Shown here one piece after another: positions 11,296 to 25,200 of a stretch of DNA of 39,183 bases (positions are counted from its first letter, which is position 1; each line of letters starts with the position of its first letter). Below the pieces are notes generated by a model, which worked only from the letters and a program-made list of their open reading frames with translations, was not told where the DNA came from and ran no database searches. The stretch is from Vermamoeba vermiformis (lineage: Eukaryota): contig JBEWZL010000134.1 in assembly GCA_045837725.1 (NCBI GenBank), positions 1-39,183 on the forward strand, read 5' to 3'. The translations under genes and the position numbers were made by a program.

Positions 11296-14200
11296 ATGAG
11301 CGAGCCCATCTGGATCTTTTCTGACAGTACCACAACGCCGATCGGCGAAGCGTTCATGATTAAAGATGAACTTGGCAGGTAAATTACGCTTATATAATAG
11401 CATAATTATAGTGAAATATAAATAACTTGAAAAGTGGAATGGAATTCGCCAGACAGGCGTTGGAACAAATCCGTTCAGAAATTTAATTTTTATTCATTAA
11501 ATGTGTAGTCAATCATAATATGCACTACAAATATCAATTAATTTTTATTGTACTATTTTTCTCGCATACCTATTCCTTAAAAATTAAATTTTTGCGAGAT
11601 CTCTAACTGTATGCAAAATGAATAGCAAATTAAATTATTTTTGCATAATATAGACCTCAATATTTATGTGTAATTATTTAACCTTAAAGAATCCTTTATT
11701 TTCGAATTTTCACCTCTTAAATTTCCGTTACACTTCACCTAAATAAAAACCCGACCCTAATTTCCTAATATTCTTATTATAAGGGGTACTACTTCTGTGG
11801 TCAAAAAAGCTACAAATAAAGTATCAGGCGACTTGGTAGCATTAAAAATAATCGATAAACGGTTTGTCGATCCAGACGCGGTAGTTAAAGAAGTTGCTAT
11901 TATGAAGGAATTAGACGATCACCCTGGATTTATTCATGTTAAAGAAGTATATGAAGATAACACTAATTTAATATTAGTCGAAGACTTGGTAACAGGTAAA
12001 CCGAGATCCATAAACTTTTTAATGCTGGATTTTTACCTCCAACTTTCCCGCTCAAATATATTATAATAATCCATAACGTTGCATATATAAATGTTTAATT
12101 TCATCAATATAGAAATTACTCTTATTACTAGAAGTAAATCAATTTCTGCTCGGTTTCTGAGCCTACTTTCGTAGCAGCTGAAAATAATTTATTTTATCAA
12201 TTTTATTAATGATTGAACTATTATAGGCGGAGAATTGTTCGATAAGATTGTAGAATTGAACACATTTTCCGAAAAAGACGCAGCTAGTCTCGTACAACAG
12301 ATCGCATCAATCATTGCATATCTTCACAGCAAAGACATCGTGCATCGTGATTTGAAGCCTGAAAATCTGTTATTTGTGGATAGTAATTCGAACAAATTGA
12401 AATTGTGCGATTTTGGAACTGCGGAAATTGTTGTTAGTGGCACTGTTTTGCAAGATGCTATTGGCTCACCAGGGTACGTATACCTATAATAAGCATATTA
12501 TTATATTAAGGCCGGGACCTACTATCAAATGATACTAAAGTGATATCTATTGATTATTTCCTTATATAGATATATGGCTCCCGAAGTGGTCGCTGGAATT
12601 GGTTACGATAAAGCCGTTGATATTTTCAGCTTTGGTGTCATTATGGTACGTTACCATATATAGTATATTGTTCCGTTCTATCGTAGACTTGCGAGCTCAT
12701 GCCTAAATTTCCTTTTATAGTATGTGATGCTTTCAGGCACGTTCCCGTACGATGACGAAGAAGCCATTCCGAAGCGACCCGCAGATTTTCCGTCGCCTGA
12801 TTGGGACAACGTGAGCGAGGTCGTGAAAAAATTAATCGGAGATTGTTTGAATTTGGATCCGGCAAAGCGACCGACAGCACAACGAGTGTTAGATCATCCA
12901 TGGGTCAAGGGTGAAAATATCGAGGCTAAGAAAGATCTTGGCGCAGCGTTGCCCACTTTGCGTCGGTTGGTCACTTCGCGCAAGTTAGGCGGATTTGTGG
13001 GCCATGCCATTAATATCACGCATGATGGACCTGCTGCGGGCACTGGCCGACCACAGTTACTCAAGAGTCCGAGCATCAAGGTACTATTTTCATGAACGCA
13101 GTATTCACTGAAACACGACGCCTCGAACTAACAATTTTTTTCACAGCACGATTTGAGCACGACCGCTGATACTAAATTACGAGATAGTACCAAAGACGTA
13201 AGTGGATAGCATACAAAAAGATCTGATTTTAATGAAATTTCGCTAGAAAACTCCTCGTCGCGAGTTGTCTGTTGACAGCGACAAGAGCGATCGATCTTTG
13301 AAGAGAGAAACTTCGTCGGGCTCGAGCAAAGATAAGTCCAAGGACAAAGACAAGTTGAAGCGTGAGGCGTCCTCGGGATCAAGCAAAGAACGTGAAAAAG
13401 ATAAGGACAAACTCAAGCGCGAAGTTTCATCTGGATCCAGCAAGGACAAGTCTGAGCGTGAAAAAGTCAAGCGAGAGGTGTCCTCTGGATCTAAGGATAA
13501 AGGGCGCAGTACACCTTCACGGGAACTTTCACTGAACGATAGCAGGAGTACGTTCAAAGATCGCGTTTGACATTTTGACACCTGTCAAGATGACACCTCA
13601 CAAAAAAAAAACACTTTTTAACGATTTTTTTTCTTGTAGATGTCAAACTTAGCTCGAATATTCTCAGCAGCGTTGCCAACATGGTTTCAGACACGCTTGA
13701 AATTCCCAAAATTAACTCGCCAATGGGCGACCACTTGAGTTCGCCTAAAGGCAACACGCCAAAATCAGCGCACTTGGCCCCGTGGCTCACTGAGCACGAA
13801 GAACCTCGTACAAAAACTCCGAGAATGCAAGCTAGCATTAGAGACATTAGACAGTTCATGTCGCAGTTCAAACAGAAAGAAGAAGAGGTACATCCAGATC
13901 CACACAATTTTTAAAAAAATTTATTGCCTTATTTGGAAATATCACGTGCTGACTTTGATATGTTTTTGTAGAATGCGGAGAAACAGAACTTGAAGAGATT
14001 GAAAGAACGAGCGAAGAAATTAGTGCAACAATTGGCGAACGAAAAAGATATTCGAATCACGTGCGAGAAGCAGTTGCAACAAACCAAAAAAGAATTGCAA
14101 AAGAAAGAAACTGAAAATAACGAACAACGTCATATCATTCAACAACTGCAAAGGTAAAATAATTTTCTCACTGTGTTTTCATGAACCGTTTTCACTGAAC

Positions 14201-14817
14201 TTTTGTTTCATTTGCAGCCAAATTCGTGAACTGCAGACGAGAGTTGAATCAGAGGACCAACTTAAGGCCGAATTTAGCGCGACACGCATTGGCTTGGACT
14301 CGCGATTAATTACGAGTGAAAAAGAACTCAATGCTGAGCGCGAGAAGAGAGTGGCACTGGAACGCGAGATTGAACATTTGCGTGCTGAAAACGAAGAAAA
14401 GAATGTTAAGCTTGTTGAGGCGACGAAGACTATTAGAAAGTTTGAAAATCAGGTACGAAAGTTCACTAATTTTAAATGCCAAAAAAAAATCCGAGTCTCA
14501 ATGCCGGTAACACTGGCGAAACATTTCTTATTATTTTTTAATTATTTGAAATTTTTGCTATAATCTTCGATTATCTATTTGGCCGTGCTAAACGTCAAAA
14601 GTGTCATGTTCTAACGGTGAACAATTTGCAGGCCAAAGTTGAGAGCGGCATGACCTCGCAACAAACCGCTAAAGCAGTGCGCGAAAAAGAAGAAGAATTC
14701 GCTAAGATTCGAGCAGAACTTGACGGCGAGATTAAAAAGTTGAAAGAAGACGTTGAAAAGCTCGAAGAAGACAAATTAATTTTGAAATGGAAAGTCGAAG
14801 AGTTATCCACGCATTAA
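11296..14817 (+). CDS. CAMK-group (CaMK1/MLCK-A-like) Ser/Thr kinase with a repeat-rich linker and C-terminal coiled coil
   Basis: Spliced motifs ELGRGTTSVV, VALKII, GGELFDKI, HRDLKPEN, DFG, GSPGYMAPE, DIFSFGV. E/K/Q-rich heptad exons at 13972-14817. Confidence 0.92.
13259..13530 (+). repeat. Coding tandem repeat of ~57-nt units encoding (L/V)KRE(T/A/V)SSGS(S)KDK
   Basis: LKRETSSGSSKDK, LKREASSGSSKER, LKREVSSGSSKDK and VKREVSSGSKDK, flanked by RRELS and SRELS. Confidence 0.85.
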
Positions 14818-15092
14818 GAGGCTAACTCAAATATTAATTCAACGCGAAATTCCTGTAATTTTTACAAATCACAAAGGACTTGTACCGGTACAACATATAA
14901 ATAGCATTAATTATAATCTTCATTACAATAGCAATTAAATAATGCCCTAATTATACGAATAATAGATAGGTTATAGATCTTATAACTCTTCATACAATAA
15001 ATTACGATAGATCTGTTGCCAAGTTAGTTTTGTAGTTAAAGAGCGTAAAGGTAGATCTAATTAATTAATTTTAGAAAAATTATTTAAATTAT

Positions 15093-17026
15093 TTAATTAT
15101 TTACAACAATGTCATATTCAGGCTCTGGCGGCGAGCAAAAATAGAACATAAAAACTACACTAGCCGAAATTAACAAAATTAACGGGGCTAGTTGGCCGTA
15201 CCACCTAAATGTATATATTAAGCATATATAATTAGATTAATAGAGCTATTTTACGTACCCAAATACTGGCCACACTTTCCACGCGAATAAAAATGCAAAA
15301 ACGAACATTAAAAAGCCCAAAAATATCATCACCACGATCGAGATGCTAAATATCGCCTTCACTTTCCTAAAATAGTAAATATCGCATTAATCAAGGGCAT
15401 TTTATACGATAATTAATAAATACGTTCAAGAATCAAGATTAATTTTGGATCCGGAAATATAGTTTTTAAATCCAAAAAAGGATATTATAGGGAAATATAG
15501 GTTATATTAATATCATTATTGTACGTACTTGATATTAATGGGTTTAGGCCTATCTTCATCATCGCTCGAAATTTCTTCAGCAGATCTGACCGAATTGATC
15601 AAAAACGCACGCTGCTCTTCTTGTTCAATATCTTCATCGTCTTCATAATCAACAAATCGACTGCTATTATAACGACTACTATTATAATTGCTACTATCAT
15701 CGCCACTCGATTTTTTGGCTTTTTGAAACCTCTGCCAGTTTTCTTGATTCAAACTTTGCAAATTTTTCTTTCTTCTGCTGTTTCTAGCGTTAAAGAAAAG
15801 AATTTGACCCAAATTAAGAATAAAATTCGTTGCCAGGAAAAAATCTGCAATGACTGGCTGGATCGAGTCGTTGAACAGTGCTACGCGACTTAAGAACGAG
15901 CACGTGGTGGCACAACATGCTACATATACGCATAAATATGATTGGCCCTATAAATAACCGCATTAAATTCTGTCAATTAAAATTAAATTAAATCATCGGA
16001 TCTGCTTACAATTTACTTTCAATGAAATTAAAACGATATAATTATACTTCGCAATGATAATAATAATTATTAATATTAACTATATAATGAAGGGGACGAA
16101 TTTGAAAGAAAAATTGGATCCGTTGTTTAGAGGTACCTTTGAACGGATCTACTTACGTCAGCCGTATCGTTTTTGAAATTTCTTATTATCTGAGGGAATG
16201 CAAGTCCCAAGCATAATACGACCCATGTCCAGTTAAGTATATCAGAAGCTACTGGCTGCAAGAAAATATCGATGCAGATCAGCCCTGTCGTGCCGGTCAA
16301 ATACGCCAATAACGAGAGCCATTTCAACGTTCTTTTCGCTTTGCTACTCGCATAATAATATTAGACACTATTATAATAAATTTAGGTTTACAGGAAACAA
16401 ATGAAAAAAATTAAACCTGGGATCCATTTTGTAACGGACTGAATCCGTGAATGTAGAAAACGAGGACGAATATAGACCGTTTATATAAATAATCTTACCT
16501 ATAGTAAGCAAATTGAAGCAATAAAATCGAGATTGAAAAGCTGACAAAGATAGATGAAGCAGCATCGAAGAATGTTGAATCAATTCTGAACATCCAAAGT
16601 GTTCTTAATAACGAAGTCCAATAAAACATCCATATTGTGATTATATTGAGGCCTTCTATCGATTTTCTAAGTTAGACGAAGATTAGAACTTGTGGATTTC
16701 GATTTTGCGATCGTGATCTTCGGTTCATATCCGAAAAATTGAATTGATTACTTTATGATTATTACCTATTAAAATTATATAACATTTGCGGTATCAACAC
16801 TATAAACCATAAAATAGTAGCGCAGAAATCAAGGACCTAAACAAAATTTATTAATTTATTAATTTAATATTGAATCAGATAGTTAACAACTACAATTATA
16901 TAAGCGTAAAAATAATAGGTGCAATTACGCAGGTTTTATAAATTTAATTGCGCTTACGTTGCCAGCAAGGCAAATCTCGTCACCCAGCTCCGGCAAACAC
17001 TCCTTTATGAAGTCAAAATGCTCCAT
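15093..17026 (-). CDS. PQ-loop repeat membrane transporter (PQLC2/Ypq-like) with an extended C-terminus
   Basis: Spliced PQ loop 1 is ILWFIVLIPQMLYNFNRKSIEGL and PQ loop 2 is LGLAFPQIIRNFK. An acidic loop follows, then two further hydrophobic helices and terminal EYDIVVNN*. Confidence 0.8.
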
Positions 17027-17328
17027 GGGATATTATCAAACAAATTATTAATTACACGATAATAATAAAGAAATCATATCTCGTTTGTAGGTCAGTTTTC
17101 AGTTCAAATTGAAAAAGCCACCGATTTTTACCCTTCTCCTTTAACGGAAAAAGCAACTCCTGGTCAAACCACCAATTTATATAAATTAATAAATACGATT
17201 TATTACTAAGTTAAATGATTGAGGATTTTTGTTTCGAGCAACAAGATCCGCATCTAAAATTTCTTATATACAACCCAAATCCTATTGCCAGGACTTAATA
17301 TTAATAAATATACGCCTAACGACTTGCT

Positions 17329-20300
17329 TTAAGAGCTGTCAGTGCTGTCGTCGCCAAACACCGAGTCACCAGAGCTGTCAGATCGCTTGTTGTTGTTGCG
17401 TCTGTTGTTGTTGCCGCCAGTATTGCCCCATCGATTGCCACCATTGGTCGCTTGGCCCGACTGTGGTCTCCTAGAGGCACCAGGACGACGTGAAGCAGGC
17501 TTGTCAGAGCTCTCACTCGGGCTGTCGCTGTCGCTGCCATCGTCGCTGTCACTGCCCTCGCTGCTCGATTGGGCCTTGCGATTGTTGTTCGACTTCGGGC
17601 CTGGCTTGGCACTCGCTGGCTGCTTGCTGGCAGGGCCTTTAGTGGCCGATTGTCTAGTGTTAGATCTTGGAGGCGGGGCCGAGGACGATTCATCGCCACT
17701 GCCACTATCGCTGCTGTCACTGCTCGAGGACGAGCGGCTCGAACTGACGGTAGCACCACGCTTGGATCCGTCGCCCAGATCAGCCAAATCGTGCACGAAC
17801 TCGTCAGGGAAGATAATGTGAGACGAGCCAATGATAATGTCGCGGCCGTATTGTTTGCTCATGTCACTGACAATCTTGCATTCAGCGGGGGTCACACCAC
17901 CAGCAATAAAAAGAATAATGCGTGGAGGTTCACGAACGCGTTTCTATATATGGAAATTAGTTGGTGTAAGACGCACGAATGCTATTTTAGGCACGTACGA
18001 GTTCGGCCAATAGAGGATTGGATTCCTTGTCCTTGCGACCAACGGCGGGACTGTCATTGGCCCACTTGTTGCCTGCTGTCTCCTTGCGACGAGATTTACG
18101 ATCGACATCTAAAAAAGGAAATTTAGGTCTTATTTTCAACGAGAACAGATTATTAAGTACGTACTAGGAGTGCCATTAGCAGATCCGACTTCGTCGTCCT
18201 CGTTCACGAACGGGAAGTCTTTAGAGCTCAATTTGTTCGAGAGTAATTCCTAATAAGGAAATATTTGGTGAGCACGTGCCGCGGAAGTAAAATTGATACG
18301 TACATCGAGCATGTCTTTCAAGGCAGGAACGAATCTGCTCAACACGAACTCCCATTCTCCGTTCTTAGGAATACGCTTTTGGTCCTACAATAGAAACGAC
18401 GTTAGTAACGAAACAAAAGAAAAAAAAGTTGTGGATCCGAGAGTTTAAACATAAAAATGTTAGACACCATTCATATATTAATGGTGAATCATTATGATAT
18501 GTTTAGCTGGTGTCGGGTAGACATGAAAAGTATGGCTTACCTTGCGCGAGTTTGATTTCTTGAGCTGAGTCAAGTTCTTCAAAGCACGTTCGAGCGTGTC
18601 CATGTCATCCAAAACAATGTCCTTGACGACTTTATCGAGCTTGGCCTCGGTCTCAGTGACCGAACTCGCGAGCCACAAGAGCAACATGCGCATCTTGTTC
18701 GTAGTGCTCACAAAGTCGTCGTTGATCACGCTCAGCACTTTCTTGCTAATGTTATCAATCTTCTTGGCTCGCTCGTCACGGCCAGTAGCAATGTCTTGTT
18801 CGATTGATGCTACCTTTTCGAGTGCACCCTTGTTGAACAGATCCATGCACTTCTTAGCCAAGTTAATGTGCAACGAGAACTATTGAAATTATCATCAATA
18901 ACGATTCGAAGTCTAAGTCAAATATTATTGGTCAAGTTTAAGTGACAATTAATGGAGTTTTTCATTAATAAGTCGTGGTCGTGATTGCGGTTAGTTTTCG
19001 GATCGGATTTGGTCTTACCTTTTGGTAAAGCTTTTGATATTTAGGCATTGCACGAACGATGTCACTCAATGAGCTCAAGTCTTTCTTGACCTAAAAAAGA
19101 ACGTTAAGTGATGTTTTCCGGAAAATTGTTCAGCCAGCGGATCTTGCAATGAGGCAAACTTACGTTCTTTTCTTTAGCGAATTTACCGGCCTTGTTTTCA
19201 TCAACGAATTGTTGGAACGTCTTAGCAATGAATTTCTTGGCGTATTCAATGTGCTGGTAACGTGCTGCAGCCCACACTTTGTCTTTATCATCGAGCACAG
19301 CCTCGACTTGCGCTTCGTTACTGTTGGCATCCGTGTAAGTGTGTCTTTAATTATAGTAATGATACGTTAGTACTTGACGGTTATAACATATATACACAAT
19401 ACTATGTATATCAAATCAATACGTACTGATATTTATCGTCGTGAATACCAAGGATGTCGTAGACCATGGATTGGTAGCAGAAATCGTGCAACAAAGGTGT
19501 AATCAAGTCATGAGTTCTGTCTAACACGATCAAAGTAGCTCTATCACCAGAAGGAAGCTACATAGAGCAACATAATTAGCAAATTAATTCATCATAATGA
19601 AGATCTATCCGCAAAATAATTCTAAATATTATTGAGCTTATTTAACGTCTGCTTCGTGCTTACCAATGCCTTAGCACGTCTTAATCTCTCCAAGCCTTCT
19701 GAAACGTATTGCGCCAAGGCTGAGCTGTGAGTATGCGACTTGGCATAACGCACGATCGGGAATTCACCAAGAGTAGCGCAAACTGTAACGATCTAAATAG
19801 TATAATATGAGCCATTGAATAATATTTTAGGCATATATCACGCTTTAATACCTTCTTAGCGAGTTTTTGAAGCTCCTTCTTGACTGAAGATGAATCCGGC
19901 GAGTACAAATTGAAAAAGCTCTTCTCACTTTCAATTTTGAATACTTGTCCTTCTCGACCTGTATTTATATGTTAGCATTACTTTGGAGCACAAAGTTTCT
20001 GATAATTTAGAGCAAGGCCTAGATCCAGTACGCGACAATTAAAATTAATTTCAAAATTCAACAAAAATTAGAATATTACTCTTTCTTCGTGCAATAACCT
20101 ATAAAAACGTAATGCATACCAATAAAATCAATATTGGCTTCCTTCAAAGTCTTGATTTTCGCAACGACGCGTTCCTGAGCGATCTTCTGCAACTGCTTGT
20201 CTTCGCAGGCTGAAATAATTTGGACATTAGCTTAATATAGGCAACGTATTGAATATGAAAGTACGAAAAAGTAAAGATAGCAAATGTAGACTCAAATTTA

Positions 20301-21132
20301 TGCGAAACTTCCGATCCGTATTATTTTTCAATTAAAATCGTTTAGAATTACGCGGGATCCGATAAATTACGTACGGGTGTGGAAGAAGACGTGCGCTGAG
20401 TGATATTTAGGTGTATCGGGGTCTTGGAAATCATCAATCAACCTTTCGATAGAATCTGAGGTCGGCGAGATGAAGTAAATCGCATCCAAGTGTGGCAAAG
20501 GCTGTCGCTCGACTGAAATACTTTCGACCACTATACAAATATTAATATCATCCCAATTTCATGCAAGCCAGAGTAGAGTTATTTCTGTTTTAGGAAGTTG
20601 ACCTCCACGCGATCTCGTTAAATTAAACATGACTTTTGAGAATAATATCGCTATTGAGGCACCGGAATATTATGTATTTAATGACAGTACTTACGTGAAA
20701 TGCCTGAGTTCAAAATATCGGTCATCTCGACAAAATTGTTCAAGATGTGGGCTGTCTCTTTGTCGAGGATCAAAACCTTCGTCGAGCGAGTATCCACCGT
20801 TTGCAAAGTGTATAAAAATTCTAGAGTAAATATAGGTGTTAATAGCCGTCTACAGATGCACCGGAAAGTGCGCACTTTTCAGGCGGATTTGCTTAAAATG
20901 TTTGGGCAATTAAAATTAATCACGATACTAGTAAATAATAATTTAAATAGCGTCATTTATGCCTTTGGAACATAAATAATAATTATCCCGTGGAATTTGA
21001 TTAAATAACGGATGCGCGTGTAAAAATTATTTGAAAGCTTCTTTTGCGTAATATTAATTAAATATGATACTTACTTGCTCGAGTAATAGTAATAATATTC
21101 TCTTCTAATCTATCATCGACGATCTTTTCCAT
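17329..21132 (-). CDS. sec1: Sec1/Munc18 (SM) family vesicle-fusion protein, Sec1/STXBP-like
   Basis: KVLILDKET, RQPLPHLDAIYFISP, LIVLDRTHDLITPLLHDFCYQSMVYD, IVRAMPKYQ, HINLAKKCM, EQDIATG, LSRFVPALK, IILFIAGGVTPAE, IIIGSSHII. Confidence 0.93.
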
Positions 21133-22232
21133 AGTCCGCTTTTACAATGACTGGATTTGATCTTACGTGTTTTGAATATGATGCTATAGAATACAAATAA
21201 ATAGGTCTATTGTTGTGTCAAATAGACGTGAAACACGAGAATGTTTTCGTCCCAAAGCGCCAGAAAGAGCCGTTGAATTTATCAATTTTAGTTTTTTGTC
21301 TTATTTTCCGTTTCAATGCATTTCCATTGTCCCCATTTTATTTGAAACAGTGATACATCATATGCGCGATATTATAAACCATTTATTCTCATATTACGTG
21401 CATTGAGCTCGCGCATTCACCTGTCTTTTGATGCGTTCCCATCTGCGCTACAATTCTATGGCGCTGGCATCAATTCTTAATTATAATATTCAGTAATACA
21501 GCGAGCGTTATGATAAAGACGTAAGGATACCCACAATTACGAAGAGAAGTGAGCCGAATCCAGATTTTGTTTGAAACCAACGGTAACTTTCTTCGTCTTC
21601 CTTGTCGGTAAAAATATCTCAAATCGACTAACAATTGGCGTACTAAATACCGAGCTGGGCGCAGAGATAGAGCGCACGAGCAATTTTTTTTCAACCAGCT
21701 TCTCTTTTGTTTACCTGACAGTACGTGTATTATTGCCCCGTTCAAATAACACGCGATTGCGCTCGCGTACGTGTTTGGAAATTGAACACTGTGTTGTCTG
21801 TTGGCTTATTTTGGTCTCGCGGGCTAAATCCGCTTTGACGAACAAACATAAATCACTACTTTTCCTATTTGTCGTATTAAACAACAAACTTTTCTGTGTT
21901 TGTACGCTCGTTGTGCCACATCTACTATTCGTCAGACGTTTCGACACAAATCTGATCTGTCTGAGCTTTTTTTACGGCATTATTGGGCGGATAGTGGTAC
22001 TGCTCAATAGTCATGCTTATGGAGTCCCTCACGTTCAATTTTGCGTTTCGAATGTCACAAATTAATCTCGAACGTTGTGAAATTAATTTACAATTTAAAA
22101 TTTCGTTTCGATATATAACACCACGCTTGGTCTTGTATTATTTTATTTATTTTTATTTAGATTATATAAAAGAGCTTAGCTCGGCGATTTGAAAGAGTAT
22201 CGCAGGCCGGCTAGCGAATCCAGATCACAAGA

Positions 22233-25200
22233 ATGAATCTCCTAACTTCTCCTCGGCCTTCATCTCAAGTATACTTAGAATCAATAGGGTCATTGTAGTC
22301 GCTAGATTATTAATATGACTTGATTTTAGGTGATTGGCTTGACCATTGATCAGGATGACAAAAACAAATTAAACGAAAAGCTTAATACAATTGAAAAATT
22401 ACAATTTACATGGGAGAGCACATTCAAATTAGCAGAGCATTATTTGGAGCGATTAGCAGGTAAAATAGACTCAAAATACTTCGGGATCCTGATCTAAACT
22501 GTTACCTGTAAAATCTAAATATCGGCAAAATTATTTAATAGCGCCAATAGAATATACATATATTTTTATGACGAGGAACAGCAAAAGGAAATCAATGCAA
22601 CCTCCTGATTTAGTAATTCCGAAACTGTTGCTTTAGATCAAATTCCCAGCTTGATTTCAGGATTAAAGCCCTATTATAATCATATCGCTAATATTACGAT
22701 TACAGAAATATTAGTAGTCGGTGGCAATGTTATTCAATCGATAGCTGCGGCGGGAGAAGTACATCCAGATCTACGAGAGGTTTCTAAGCACTTTTTAGCC
22801 TCACAACAAGCAACTGCCGAGAAAATAGTACGTAATATGATTATCTATTCGTTAGTTCGAGCACTGGGCGTTTAGTTAATGGAGATCTGTCTATTACGTT
22901 AATTAAGCCGTGTCAACTTCAGTGGATTAATTCCCATACGGATACATTTGCATAATATTCCTAATATGACATTAATTTTTGCGTTTACATAGCAAAATGA
23001 AGGTCTTCATAAAGTGCGGATCGATTTTTGGACATTTGACGACGCAGCTTTGTCGTTATTGAAGGTAATTCGAGATAATCATGTTTAGAACTATCGTACT
23101 ATTATGATCATAATTTTGGAACAATTTAAACCAAATTCTAAATTAAATAATAATGGCAGGCAATTTTTCCGATTCAATTTCGATTCAAAATCGGATCCAT
23201 TTACGCTTCTTAGCAGTATTTATGTAAATACGTATTTTGAGCTATTTTAACGATATATAAACAGAAAAAGAAGGTCGAATTCGATTTACTCGATGAAAAG
23301 CTGTCGGATTTGCGCGATCAATTTAGATCGAAGGCGTTTATCGAGAATAGCGAAAAGAAAGCAAAGAAAATCGATTCAGTACGTCATAATTAGCAATTTT
23401 ATCAATAATATCATGCTAATTTCGTTTTTTTAAGATTGCTACTGCATTAATCAATACTTCTGAAGATCACCAAGCAGCTTTTAAATATTTAAATGAAGGT
23501 CTTAATGATTTCATTGATCGATTGACGATGGATTTGGCTAAGTTAATGAAATTAGTAAGTTTATTAATGCACATTTCCGCTGCTGGATCGGACATTTGTT
23601 CGAATTTGTGTTTTTTTTCGATCAGATCCGCGGATTTGCATTTTCTCAATTAAAATAGTCCAATATACAACATAATGATCTAATAAGATAGATTTAAACT
23701 TAAATATAAAATATCGGCTCACAACCCCAAAATTCATTTTCATGAAATAGTAGATTTCGGTAGACGTTACTAATTTTAGTGATTCTTTGTTACATTATTA
23801 CTATAAATGATCCAATTAACGCGTATTTATTCAATAGATGTTAGAGTGCCAAGAAATAACAGGCGCAGCGATTGTTGAAAATGTTTCGGGTCTTGCAGAA
23901 GACAAAAAAGTGCTTAAAAACTATGTATCTCAATTGCGGAGATCAACGATGAGCTTGCCGGTAAGATTTGCAATTCTATAATCATTCGTTCATGAACGAA
24001 AAGATATTTTTTTGGATCGCGAAAATAGACTAATTTTATTTTGGCTTTAGAAAACGGTGCAATTGACCTCGCAACAAATATTAAGGAATTTAGCGATCAA
24101 GAAGCATTTCTTAGAATTTTGCGACAAACAACATAATTCAGAGGTAATTAATTTAGATCGGATCTGATTTTTGGTCTTTTTGGTTTAACGCTTAATTTTA
24201 TTGTAGAATATTCTATTTTTGGAAGAAATATCAGTATTTAAGGCGATGAGTTCATATTCAAAGCGTCTATTATCAAAATCAAGGCAAATTACAGAAAAGT
24301 TTATCGATCCCGAAAACGGCATTCAGATCCAGCCCATTAATATCGATGGAAATACAGCGAATACTATCAAATCAAGTATTATCAAGGAAGAAGTGACATT
24401 AGAGCTATTTAATCAAGCCGTCAAAGAAATTGAAACAATTGTTAATACGAGCATCATTCCGAAGTTTTTGAACAGCGATATTTTCAAGGAAAAAGTCGAT
24501 CCGTTACTCAAATTGAATATTACTTATTATAGAGGTACGTGTCTATATTTAGAATCGTCCAAGTATTAGCACAAAATTTTGGCGCTAATTCGTTACTCGA
24601 TCTGATCCATTTCATCGTCTTTATAATAAGACTATCACCTTATAATCTTATATTAGTATGTCTCGTAATACCATTTCTGATTTTTATTTCCTTTTATAGA
24701 AACTAGCGATGAAGTTTTGGCGTCAGCAGCGCGAGTCATTTCGAATCCACTGGCAATGGATTATTTCACCCACTTTTTAGTGTAAGTAACAATAATATAG
24801 CGAATAGATTTATATATATATAAATGGTTATAATTAGAAATTGAATATTGAGCGTTTGGTTGAGTTTTGTCGAAGCTTTGCGACAATTTATTGACTTTCC
24901 TAATTTAGGCAACAAAGTGGCGTGATTTTCATCAATTTGCTGTTGGACATTGAAAAGGCTTTGCGATCACCACAGCGCGAGTACGACGGACTAGCTAAAA
25001 ATATTGAAAAGCTGTTGTTTGAAGACGAAGAATTAATGCAATCATTAAAGGTACGGCGTGGATCCACGAACAAAAATACTTGCAAAGTTAACTTTGACGC
25101 GATTTTAATTCTTTTTCTCGTTACAGGATGCCTCAAATATTGAAATTAGAGAAGACGAAGCTTTAACTAATCAAGAGTTGCAAAGGTAACGCGAGTTTTA

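Noticed and set aside
13128..13907. Minus-strand ORFs with periodic Leu/Ser
   Set aside because: They are the antisense reading of the kinase repeat exons.
17229..18126. Several long overlapping ORFs on both strands
   Set aside because: They are shadows of the GC-rich low-complexity last exons of the Sec1 gene.
21470..22065. 164-aa plus-strand ORF and minus-strand ORFs between Sec1 and the RGS gene
   Set aside because: No ATG start, no recognisable motif and no consistent splicing. This is probably divergent promoter or 5' UTR.
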